A stretch of 64,000 nt of DNA from positions 15,004,001-15,068,000 of the forward strand of contig CP075493.1 of the NCBI GenBank assembly GCA_021613535.1. Direction: 5' to 3'. Below the pieces are notes generated by a model. That model saw only the letters and a program-made list of their open reading frames with translations, searched no databases and was not told the DNA's origin. The position numbers and the translations under genes are program-made. This document shows positions 49,880 to 61,279 of this stretch, piece by piece. The stretch is from Adineta vaga (lineage: Eukaryota; Animalia; Rotifera). How positions within the stretch are numbered: position 1 is the stretch's first letter; the number at the start of each line of letters is the position of its first letter.

Positions 49880-51481
49880 TTAATTGCCACAAAGATAATA
49901 AAAAAGCTTAGTTAAAGTATCAATATATTGTGGAATATTAAGACGTTCGATTTTGAGACAATCCAATTTATTCTTTGCAATATCATCGTAACAATGAGGA
50001 ATAATTTTCCGAACTTGCTCTGGTCTATTTGATTTTATAACCTTCAAATTCGGTAAAAGATTGAATAAATATAGCAAAGTTCCATAATTATATTGTTCGC
50101 GTTCAATGTTTAAATAAACTGTAGTCACAGTTGGTAATTGTAGTTCATTCTTGTTACGAAAATCATGATCGAATAATTCAGGAAATCGCACATCATACAT
50201 TTGCATATAATTGTCAGTCACTTCTTTTAGTTTACAATAAAAATAAAGTGTTTGAACATTCGGAAAACGATTTCGAATAAAACTGAATGTGTTTATTGAC
50301 CACCAAGGTTCTTCTTTTCTTAATAGAACTGTGTGAACATGTTTACAAACAGGAGGCCATGGGTTACGTCCAATATACAACAAATTCAAGTCGTTTGTCA
50401 TGATCTCAAACTACGAGAATAGAAAAACAGAATTCATTGAAAAACTGAAAAAAATACTTACACAACTAAATTTGTATGGTAAATTATAGATTATTCTCTC
50501 AGAACAATCTGTATCATTCCAGCAAACTAAAGGACCGAATCGTTGCCAATTGTTATTTTGAGATGTTTGAATATCAATGGTAAAAATTTGATTTAAGTCG
50601 CACCAATTCCATTTAATGAGAAAGTTAAATGACGATAGCAAAGGCATTCTATCCAGTACATGATGTTCAAACTGCGCCAAAAAAGGTTGATCCTTTCGTA
50701 TTGTAATATTCAGTATTAAGGATTGAATTGTTGAACCCACAACAGCAAAGAACATCTTAAATTCATGAGAATATGGTGTTACACCTGTTATGGTAACATC
50801 ATAAAGCATTTTACAGGATCGTTTCATTTCAATATCAATTTTATTTCGATCATATGAATACGAATTCTCCAGATGCATCTGTAAAACAGATAAAAGAAAC
50901 TTATTGTTTTCAAGTAGAAAATCTTTTCAACTAACTTTCAATCTTTGCAAATTAGGCAAATGTTGGAGAATGTTAAATATAGAATCAATCTTCGAAAGAT
51001 GAATTGACAGATCTGTTAAATTTTGAAAAATGTGATTTTGACCAACAATCGGATAGGTTAAGATGTCTTGATTTTCTCCTTTTCTATCACGGAGAAGAAC
51101 AAGTTTGTTCAAACATTGAGAAAGTTGAATACATTTATTTGTTGGTACTTTATCATTTATATATGTCGTTATCAAATGTATTGTTTGAATATCACCTAAT
51201 GAAAAATATCTTGAAGCGAAATGAATTTGTTTTTCTTTCAAATAAAGACCAACAATTTTCCGTTGTGTTAATGCTTTTGAAAGATATTTTTCAACCCATT
51301 CATCATCTTCATTAGAAATATTAACAAATGAAATAAAATTTTCAAGTAATGGTTGAATTCGACATGGATGTAGATCGAAGAATAACATAAAACGATCTCG
51401 AATAGATAAGTATTGAAATATACAACGTAATGAAATATCTTCTAAATCCAGAAATTGTGTTGTTGTTGTTGCTTTCGACAT
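49880..51481 (-). CDS. F-box-like / LRR-like protein (3 exons)
   Basis: FLDLEDISLRCIFQYLS (F-box-like), LPNLQRLKV, MPLLSSFNF and IYNLPYKF. Three ORFs separated by about 55-nt GT-AG introns. Confidence 0.7.
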
Positions 51482-51686
51482 TATTGAAACTCAACAAATC
51501 TACGTTTAAGAGATAAAACACGTGATTGCATTATAATAATAAAAAGAAAAATAAGAATGTGACTCTCTGAAAGAAAAGAAAAGAAAGAATACGGTTACAT
51601 TGTGCAGTCATTTTTTTAATCATACACTATGTGTCATTGACTGACACAGAATGAATAGAAAACCGGGATTTTTATTCGAAAAATCT

Positions 51687-51739
51687 TGAGGGTGTGGGTG
51701 TCGGTGTGCTTCTCATCCACAGCAACACCCACACCCTCA
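51687..51739. repeat. Hairpin made of telomere-like hexamers
   Basis: Perfect 15-bp stem tgagggtgtgggtgt (51687-51701) / acacccacaccctca (51725-51739) with a 23-nt loop. Confidence 0.8.
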
Positions 51740-51945
51740 CTTTGCTTCCTAGTAAAAAAATGTTGGATTATTGTTGATTAGAAATAGATTTTTTTTGCAA
51801 CAAAATCAAAATTGTGTTTATCAACAATTCATATCATAAAGATTTCGTTATTCTAAGAATAGAGGAAAGTGCTCAATCTCGACAAAAAACATTTATAAAG
51901 ATAGCTTTCTCAACAAAAGCAATCATGTCACCTGTAGTTTTATTA

Positions 51946-52809
51946 TTAAATCAAAAAAACTGTTCTAATTAATGATACGATCATCATGAAATACAATACG
52001 GTCATATTCAAGTTGTTTTTTTGTGCAGTATTGAAGAATCGATCAAAATTGAATTGAATCATAGTTTTTTCTTGAATTAGATTCATTGTTTCAATTCCAT
52101 TACAATTTTTTGATTGGCATTTAATTGTTGAATGATCTCTCCATGTTCGATCATTCATATCGAATTGAACTTGATAAATTATTGATGGCATATTACGACC
52201 ATGAGTAAAGCAACCAGCACACATTCGATGTCCTTCTGAATCTTCCATATATCGTGTGGAACATATTTTACAATTTTGTGGATTGGCTGGTATTTCTACA
52301 TCACATGCATCACCAGATGTTTGATTCGAAAACATTAAACACCAATGACCATCGAATGGTTCAACTGATTCTAGAAGATTTTTAAGATCAGCAAATTGAA
52401 CAGTTATAGTTAATGATTGTAATATACGCTTAAATGTGCCGATATCATTACATTTTTCACTTGAACAAAAATATGTAAATGCATGTTCGAAAGATGGATT
52501 TGATCCTGAACCACGAATATCGGTAGCAGCGGTAAGAAGTCGTTTCGGCGGGGAAGAAGAAAACAGTTCCATTCTTTTGCCAGTTGATGTGACAATGATT
52601 TCGGTTTGATTCGAACTTAATAGCGATCGAAAACTAATATAACACATTGTCTGATTGCTTTTGATTGAACAATCATCGAATGCTTTCGGCATTGTCTCAG
52701 CTGTAATCGAATAGTTATACATATGAGGTACTGATGAACAATCATAACATGATATTTCACCAGATAACGAATGAAATAATGTAAAAATGATGAATAAACG
52801 AAAAAACAT
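51946..52809 (-). CDS. Ly6/uPAR-like (three-finger) two-domain, probably GPI-anchored surface protein
   Basis: Signal peptide, ISCYDC...FCSSEKCN, second domain ending CQSKNCN, hydrophobic C-terminus. Confidence 0.7.
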   Translation of the reverse strand: MFFRLFIIFTLFHSLSGEISCYDCSSVPHMYNYSITAETMPKAFDDCSIKSNQTMCYISFRSLLSSNQTEIIVTSTGKRMELFSSSPPKRLLTAATDIRGSGSNPSFEHAFTYFCSSEKCNDIGTFKRILQSLTITVQFADLKNLLESVEPFDGHWCLMFSNQTSGDACDVEIPANPQNCKICSTRYMEDSEGHRMCAGCFTHGRNMPSIIYQVQFDMNDRTWRDHSTIKCQSKNCNGIETMNLIQEKTMIQFNFDRFFNTAQKNNLNMTVLYFMMIVSLIRTVFLI

Positions 52810-53261
52810 ATTTGAAATTGAAATAATATCAACTAAAAGAACATTGCAATATATATACGGTATGCAGAATCTTATCTAGACTCTTTATTGAGATAACGTT
52901 CTCTAACGCAACATAATATGATGAGTGGTATCACATATCTCGGAGATCGAGAATGCAGCATGTCCTACATTTTCATCTCTCATCTTCATAGAAAAAAAAA
53001 AAGATTCTATATCAGCATCCAGATATGGTTCCAACCAACATTCACTCACTAAATCACATCCTCAATAGTTGTGCTTATTAAAAGAGCTAATTCATCCTGT
53101 TGATATCACGTATTATGACATTTACTAAAAAGATATTTGTTTTTATTACTAAACTTATAGAAAAAATAATCATTTCAATTGATTGTGAAAGTGTCTGAGA
53201 ATAGAATGTAAACGGGATATTTGCACACCATTCTTTCAGTTTGTCGACGTATTTTATTAGA

Positions 53262-55669
53262 TTAATAAGTTTTCTCTAAAAATTAAAGGAAATAATTTCA
53301 TTATTCTGTTTTGTTTCTATTTTAAACAAACCTTTATGTATCATCAAATAATTTTTCTTCATTTTTTGTTTGTCTTCAATCATGAGTGAGGCAATTTCAA
53401 TTGGTAATGCAAACCAAATGAGATGTTTATACTTAACAGGTATATTCAATGGTGGATCATTAGATGTATAATCAAGCAATACAATTGCATTCTTAATCAC
53501 ATTAGCAGCAAGTAACTCTGCTAGTCGGAATGGATCCTAAAAGAAGAATTAATTTTCCTAATCTTTCATTCATAAAACTGATATTTACAGGAAGTCGAGT
53601 TGATGATGAATCATTGTTTTTTGTATAAGATTGCATTTTATTAGAGCTATATGTGATATCTTCCAGACTAGATAAATTCAATTGAAATCCATTGCGATGT
53701 TTCCATATACCTGAAACTGGATCATATATATACTAAAAGAAAAACAAAATTTCCAGATATATAAAGACATTTAAACGTCTACCAATGGTAGAAATTTCCA
53801 TCCGTGTGTAGCGATGAATTCCACTGCATCAAATATAAAGTTAATATCATCATCACTTGTAAAATAAGGTAAATTCAGACGTGTAAAACCAGGTCTAGAA
53901 GTTTTTTTTAAAATAAATTATAATAGAATGTAACTTTTCTATTTACTTCATTATCACAGTTCGAACAGGAATATCAGATTCGCGACGGCTAAAAGAATAA
54001 ATACATAGATGTTATTTTCGATCGTTTATTTTTACTTGTTCTCTTCGGTAATAAATTTCATATAAATATCCGCATCATCATCAGTTATATTTAATAGATC
54101 AAGTGCATACGGTCCAGCACAAGCACAACCAGATCGAACTTGTATACCGAATAAATCATTGAATAGAAGTGCAATGAAATTATGATGTAAATATTTCTTT
54201 AGAGTTGGTACATAAATTAAAAATGAAAATATTGGTAAACGTTGAACTGTTTGTGAACCAAGAATAATTAAATTTTCAAGTTTTCTACAATGATGAAAAA
54301 ATCTTTTAACTAATTGTTCTTCTCGTGTATGAATATAATTTATATCAAGAGAATCTTTTAATTGAAAAACAAGACCAGATCGAATACAACCAATTAGATT
54401 TGTTTTATCATCATTTTCGATACAAGAATGATCTTTCTGAAACAAATTCTTCTTAACAATTAGAATACCTATGAAAGAAAATTATAGTAAGATTTTCTCA
54501 AATCATTAACATGTCTTACCTGGTGTACTTGGACCACCAATAAATTTATGTGTAGAAATAAAGATTCCATCTTTATAAGCTGTTAATGATGAATTCATAT
54601 CAATTTTTAGATGAGGTGCAGCTGCTGCATAATCCCAAAAAATCAAACCATTGTATGAATGAACAAGTGAAGAGATACTATCAACATCCGTACATATACC
54701 AGTTACATTACTAGCAGCATTAAATGAACAAATAATACGTTTTTTTAATTTGAAATAGTATTGTAATTGTTTCTTTAGAAATGCTTTATCAAGTAAACCT
54801 TCTTGTGTTAAGGGTATTCGAATAAGCTTCAATTGAAAAGATATTTTTAAAAATATTTGCATTTTCTAGACTTACTTTAGCACCAGTTTCTCTCCATGGT
54901 AAGATATTACTATGATGTTCAAATGTGCTAACCATAATAATTGTATTTCTTTTGTTGATTTCATTTTTAATATTCAAATTTTTAACAAGTATGTGAATTG
55001 CACCTGTTGAACCTGTACCAGTAAATAATAAAATATCATTTTCATTTGCATTCACTGATTTTTTTATTAGATTTCGAGATTCTTCAACATATTTTCTTAT
55101 CTGCCGACCACTAACATTTGATTCATTATGTATATTACTATATCTATAAAATGACTTGATAAATAAACTCTTTTATTAAAAAAACTCTGATTTACTTACA
55201 AAGGAAGTACCATATTTTTAATAAAATCTTCAATAAATGTTAATGCTCGACCTGATGCAGTATAATCACAATAGATCACTTTTGAGAAGAGAAATACGAA
55301 ATTGCATGAAAGTGTAATAAAGAATAATCTTACTTCGTCTTGAACCCCATGGTCCATTAAAAACGAAATCTTTACCAATGATGTTTTCATCAATATATCG
55401 AATAAGTTTAGGTCGTTTTAGTGTAGTGCATTTTTTCTTTGATGATTTCGTTGATTGCCACTAAGAATAGAAGATTTACTTAGTTATTATATCTAAATAA
55501 TATTTCTTACCTCCAATTCATAGATAGAAACATCAGATAAATCTGATTCATAACAACTGGATCCACTATAATGACGTTGACGTACGGGAGATGATTTTGG
55601 TGAAGCATATGAATCAAACGATTTCCTAGAAATCTTTCGCGTTGAATGTGAATTATATCCAAGAGGCAT
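53262..55669 (-). CDS. PLP-dependent aminotransferase class V / cysteine-desulfurase-like protein (multi-exon)
   Basis: GPWGSRR, YCDYTASGRAL, FTGTGSTGAI, FEHHSNILPWRE, FNAASNVTG, WDYAAAAP, STHKFIGGPSTPG (PLP Lys), GIQVRSGCACAGPY and PGFTRLNLPYF. The 3' end is approximate. Confidence 0.88.
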
Positions 55670-56121
55670 TTTACATTTCTGTTGGATAAATCGACGATAT
55701 ATGTTGATTTTATATAATGATAATAATGACGTCATTAACATGTGATTCGATTATTTCATTTCTTCTATCAAACCATTAATAATGATGAATAAGTAACTAT
55801 AATTGTAGAAGACAAAAACCTGTGTCGTACAGTTCGTTTATGATTCAAATAAGATGAGAACTATACAAATGGTATATAAATAGATACGTTTGTATTAAGG
55901 AGAAATGCATACTTATTGCTTCTACACTATATTATCGAATTGTTATATTCGTGCGCCATCATAATAAAACGTGACAGAGGAATGTATTCTTTTTCTCATA
56001 GCTGCGTAGTGATTTATTTATCTGCTCTCAGATGCTGTAGTTCAAATCTATACACCCACATTGATTACTCACATAGGCATAAAAAAATAAAGAAAGAAGA
56101 CTTTACATTTTTACAACGCAT

Positions 56122-57033
56122 TTATTGAAATTGAAAAATATTTCGTACTTCCTGTCGAAATGATTTTGATACTAATAAATTCGTATAACAAACAATACAA
56201 AATGGAATATAAGAACAAAACAAAGCAATACTAAGAAGAAATATTTGAATTTGTATACGAAAAAAACTTTCTACACGTGATTGATTCAATTGTTGATACA
56301 TAAGAACAAATGATATCATTAAACTAAAGATAATATAAACACTTATATCAACTAATAATAATCGAATAAGTTGACGATCTTTTGGACGAGTTGTACGTAA
56401 ATTTGGATTTCGAATATTTTTCAATGTCCATAAACCGAAAATAAACATTAACAAAGGTATAAGAATTCCTTTAACGATTATCGAATAATAACTGATAATT
56501 TTTAAATAGATGCCAGGTTGGAGATAACAAAGAATGACATTAGGTAGAAATTCAATAATATTTGTGAAAATCAATGCAGGAATATGTAATAACGACCAAA
56601 ATAATGTGACAAAAAGAATACATAGATAAGCAAAACGAGATGTACTTCTCTGTCTTGTTCGAGCATTACGTGAAGTTACAAATATTCGATCAATCGAAGC
56701 TAAGATTAAATAAGATGGACTTAAAACATCAAATAAAGTTAAAGCATAAAAACGACAACGACAAAAGATAAGATTAGATATACTTGGATTAATATTATAA
56801 CCAAGCGCTAATGTTGATGTGAATAATGATGTATAAATTAAAAACAGACTTGCAATATTAAATGCAATAAAATAGATTGAACAAGAATTTTTACGTAGAT
56901 TTCTTCTTGTAAAAACACTTAAATTAAGAATACAACTAACCGTACCTATTGTCATTAAAATTGGTCCACCATATCTATATGAATTTGTTTGAATCGAATT
57001 TAATGTTATAAGAATATCTGAGTCGTTTGCCAT
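56122..57033 (-). CDS. Rhodopsin-like 7TM GPCR (intronless)
   Basis: Seven hydrophobic segments; LRKNSCSIYF, FCRCR, LASIDR, KDRQLIRLL and VSKSFRQEV. Confidence 0.9.
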   Translation of the reverse strand: MANDSDILITLNSIQTNSYRYGGPILMTIGTVSCILNLSVFTRRNLRKNSCSIYFIAFNIASLFLIYTSLFTSTLALGYNINPSISNLIFCRCRFYALTLFDVLSPSYLILASIDRIFVTSRNARTRQRSTSRFAYLCILFVTLFWSLLHIPALIFTNIIEFLPNVILCYLQPGIYLKIISYYSIIVKGILIPLLMFIFGLWTLKNIRNPNLRTTRPKDRQLIRLLLVDISVYIIFSLMISFVLMYQQLNQSRVESFFRIQIQIFLLSIALFCSYIPFCIVCYTNLLVSKSFRQEVRNIFQFQ

Positions 57034-57808
57034 TGTTCAAAGAATAAATTGTAAAGGATTGAATAAGTTTTGTTTGTTTCTAACTAATGTCATTAAATTA
57101 AGAGAGCGTTGAGTATAAGAGATTAATAACATCATGTCATTCCTATAAAGCAAAGAAAAGACGAGCGCCTACGTCAATCGCAATTAAAATTTTCAATTAT
57201 AAAACATGTGAAGATATATAGACACGTGTCTAAGCTGAGATAATATATTCACTTAAAAATATTCTTAAATGAATAGAAAACAAATCTAAGGAAAAATGAA
57301 AGAAAGACATTCACTCATCGATTTCTGATGATAATTGTATAATATTTCATTCCTGAGTGTAACGACCATCTTTTCTATCGTCACCAACCATATCAAAACT
57401 GATATAACTTTGTAATGAATCCTGATCTCAAAACACTTTTTGATATATCATTGAAGATTTTTTTTAATGACATTTAAAATTAAAATTAAATATCTTCTCA
57501 TGCTGTGAAATCATCGAGTTTCTCGGTATTCATATTTTTTGCTTTCATATACACAATTGGAACTTTTATCTATTCACACTCTGCAATAAAATGTGATATT
57601 GTAATTATCTTCTATTCAGTCATTGAACGCTTAGTATAACAAGAAACAGAAAAGTATTCTATATTCTAAATAAAATATATATGTCAACTCACAGTATGAT
57701 TATGAATATGAGATAATGAAAATGAGAAAAAAGAAAGTATAATTAGTGAAGAATATCTATAAACAAGATTTTTATCTTCATTTTTATTCGTTCAGTTTAT
57801 TTCTGACT

Positions 57809-58780
57809 ATGTCCTCACAATCGATCGTTAGCGATTATACAATTTCATTACAATTAGTACAAAAATATCTTTTTCAATATCTTGGATCAATCATTATAAC
57901 TTTCGGTTCGATTGGTTGTCTACTTAGTTGGATAGTCTTCAATAAAAAGACTCTACGTAAAAATCCATGTTCAATTTTTATGACAGCATTTCATATCAGT
58001 AATTTTGCATATATTATTACACTTATCTTACCAGCTGTATTATCGATTGGGTATGGTATGACATTCATTGCCAATACTTTAAGTCTTTGTCGATTTAATC
58101 TATATATGGCATTTGCTTTAGATATTCTAAGTCCAAGTTGTTTAGTTTTAGCTTCTATTGATCGACTCTTAGTAACTTCACCAAATGCATTGACAAGACA
58201 ACGAAGTACTTGTCGTCTTGCTTATATCAGTGTCATTTGTGCTGCATTACTATGGTTATTATTACATTGTCATGCATTGATATTGATGTATATTATTCAA
58301 CTTGGACCAAATATTTTCATTTGTTATACACAATCTTCAATATATCTCACAATTATAAATTACTATACATTGATCAAAAATATTCTTGTTCCATCACTTT
58401 TGGCAGGTTTAGGTGTTTTAGCAATCAGAAATGTTCGACATCTAAATCATAATCGAATTGTTCATGAAGCATCGGTAATAACTATGGGAAATCATCGTGG
58501 AATTCAAGCAGTTCATTCAAAAGATCGTCAACTAGTTCGTATTCTTCTGATTGATATAGGAATCTATGTAATATGTACATATCCTCAAACAGCATTCAAT
58601 TTATACCAACAAATAACTCAGTACCAGATGAGAAGTGTCGATCAAATCCAAGCAGATGCTTCAATTCAATATTTATGTTCATTTGCAAGTTTTATTCCAT
58701 ATTGTATTGGTTTATATAGTAATTTATTCGTATCAAAAACATTTCGAAATGAAGTGAAGAACATTTTTTTGTGCAAATAA
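57809..58780 (+). CDS. Rhodopsin-like 7TM GPCR (intronless), divergently oriented paralog
   Basis: LRKNPCSIF, LCRF, LASIDR, KDRQLVRILL and VSKTFRNEV. Confidence 0.9.
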   Translation: MSSQSIVSDYTISLQLVQKYLFQYLGSIIITFGSIGCLLSWIVFNKKTLRKNPCSIFMTAFHISNFAYIITLILPAVLSIGYGMTFIANTLSLCRFNLYMAFALDILSPSCLVLASIDRLLVTSPNALTRQRSTCRLAYISVICAALLWLLLHCHALILMYIIQLGPNIFICYTQSSIYLTIINYYTLIKNILVPSLLAGLGVLAIRNVRHLNHNRIVHEASVITMGNHRGIQAVHSKDRQLVRILLIDIGIYVICTYPQTAFNLYQQITQYQMRSVDQIQADASIQYLCSFASFIPYCIGLYSNLFVSKTFRNEVKNIFLCK

Positions 58781-59282
58781 CTATAAGAAAAAAGAAAAAG
58801 AATCTTTCTATTTTCTTCCTTCTTTTATTCAGCGTATGTTACATATGAAATGATCTACATTACGTAAAATTAATGTTTTGTATGAGCGAGAAATTAAAAG
58901 GCACTCGAAATATGTGTTACACAAAAGGATGTAGATATTGGCAATAAGCGATTTTTCTAATATCCTGCATCTCATCAATGCTCACAACATCAAGAATCTC
59001 TTTTACGCTTTTTCAGTTTAAATCTATGTACATTTAATATTCACACTTGTTGAGCGATCTTAATGTAGCACTTTCAGAATGTTTTTTTTTAGTTCATGTT
59101 TCATTATCATGAAATATTTTGACAGATAAAATAAAAAAAAGAAAAGTGTCGTTCATTTACACTTCCCTATTTCTTTCGGTAAAGGATAGTTTATGATTAC
59201 TCTCGTGTTCAAGTGTTCTGTGTTACCCATGAAACTAGAATAAAATAGCATCATTATATTTTATTTTCTTCACATTTTCCAA

Positions 59283-60755
59283 ATGAAATCGTGCGTTTTT
59301 CTATGTTTTATTTTATATAATGTTCATACAATTCCAATTGGATTCATATCTCATACTACTCTTATTGTTGAAAATTCTTCGTCATCAATTATAATGAATG
59401 GTACAAGTAATCAATGTCTTTGTAAAATGGTATCTTCATCGAATATATCTGCCTTGAATTATTTTTCAAATAATAGTTGTCAACTCTTTTCAAATATATC
59501 TTTGACAAACGCAAATTTTTCATGGATAATCAATCTTGATAGTACATTTTATTTTCTTCAGTTACCATCGTTAACAGACACTACGGAACAGTTCACTACT
59601 GCTACTACTGTTGAATTAACAACTGTTGCTTCATGTGCATTAGGTATGACAAAAAAAATAATAACCAGAAAATCTTCATGTATTCTCTATATATTTCTTA
59701 GGTAATTCATTTCTAATGGGCACAACAGTATTTGGATCTGAAATTGGTACTGCTGGTAGTTCACTGTCAACATTAAATGCTCCTTGGGGTATTACTATCA
59801 ACAATGATGATTCAATGTTAATTGCAGATAATAACAATAATCGCGTACTTTATGTACCTGCTAATGAAACTACAGGAATAAAAGTAGCTCCTATTAGTGC
59901 ATCTTTGTACTCTCGGAGAGCTTATTTTGATAGCTCTTATTTGTATTTGTTTGTAATTGATTCTACACGTTGTCAAATGACTCAATACTATAATGGATCG
60001 CTGACGAAAACGATTTTATTTGGTACTTCGTGTGGAAGAAATTTAACACAATTTAATACATCCGCTTCTTTTATCATGGATTCAAACGGAAGCTTTTACA
60101 TTGTTGATACCTATAATCATCGTATCATGTGTTTTCCAGCGAATATGACTTCTGGTATTGTAGTAGCTGGTGAAACTGGTATATCAGGAAGCGATAGTTG
60201 GCATTTATACAACCCACAAGACATCGTTTTAGATGAATCAGCAGGAGTTTATTATGTTGCTGATGGACTTAATCATCGGATTCTTCGATTTTCATTCGGT
60301 TCATCGAATGGGACAATCGTAGCTGGTGGTAACGGTATTGGTTCAGGATCAAAGTAAGTTATACCAGGAAATAAATGAAATAGGGATGAGTTGTTTTTCT
60401 CTTTCTCATTGTTTAGTCAACTGAATGGTCCATGTGGTATATATCTTTCCAAGCAAAACGGCACACTCTATATAGCGGATACGAACAACAATCGAATTGT
60501 ACGATGGTATCCCGAGTGTTCTGAAGGAGTAACAATCGCAGGTAAAGAATATTGTTTTCTTTGGTATGAGTAAATTCATGATACATGTTTATAAACGAAA
60601 CATTTGATTTGTAATTAGGTGCTTCTAATGGTACAAATGGTGCCAGTCCATTTCTTCTTAAAACTTCAATTACACTTACGATGGATAAGGATGAAAAGTA
60701 TTTATATGTTGCTGATAGAGCAAACAATCGAATTCAAAAGTTCACAATGAATTAA
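59283..60755 (+). CDS. Secreted NHL-repeat beta-propeller protein with N-terminal PAN/Apple-like module (4 exons)
   Basis: Signal peptide; QCLC..ALNYF..CQLF; T-rich linker; repeats LNAPWGI..IADNNNNRV, IVDTYNHRI, VADGLNHRI, IADTNNNRI and VADRANNRI. Exons 59283-59643, 59702-60353, 60417-60541 and 60619-60755. Confidence 0.88.
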
Positions 60756-61279
60756 TCACCGTTAAATAGGAAAGGTGTTGATTTAGGGTGAGTGCAAGAG
60801 ACAAATATCACTTAGTCCTACATCGACAACATTAAGATGTAGTTTTCTATTAAATACCTTAGAGTTTCTAAGAAATACATTTCAGACAATGAATCAATGT
60901 TTGAGAAGCGCATGAGATGAATTTTTTTAACTCTTCGTATTTTGACATAGAGGAGGTTCAATGCCTCTGAGTTTTTTTTTAAATGTTTGTTTCGATTATC
61001 TTTTTCTCTTTCTTCTCTTTTCATTATTTTGTACTGTGAGGACCTTATGGTGCTTAGTTTTAAGCACAAATAAAGAAAACACTTTTTGAATATCATATTT
61101 TATGATTTTTTGTATCTGCTATTCGGAAGTTCATTTAAAGGAAATACGTCAATTTATATTTTATCTAACACATTAGTACGCAAAAAGAAAATGAATGCAC
61201 ATATGCCTGTGTTAGTTAGAGAAAGAAAAGCTTTGTTTTACAGTGTATGAGAGAAGAATATTTTCATTTATACAAAATA

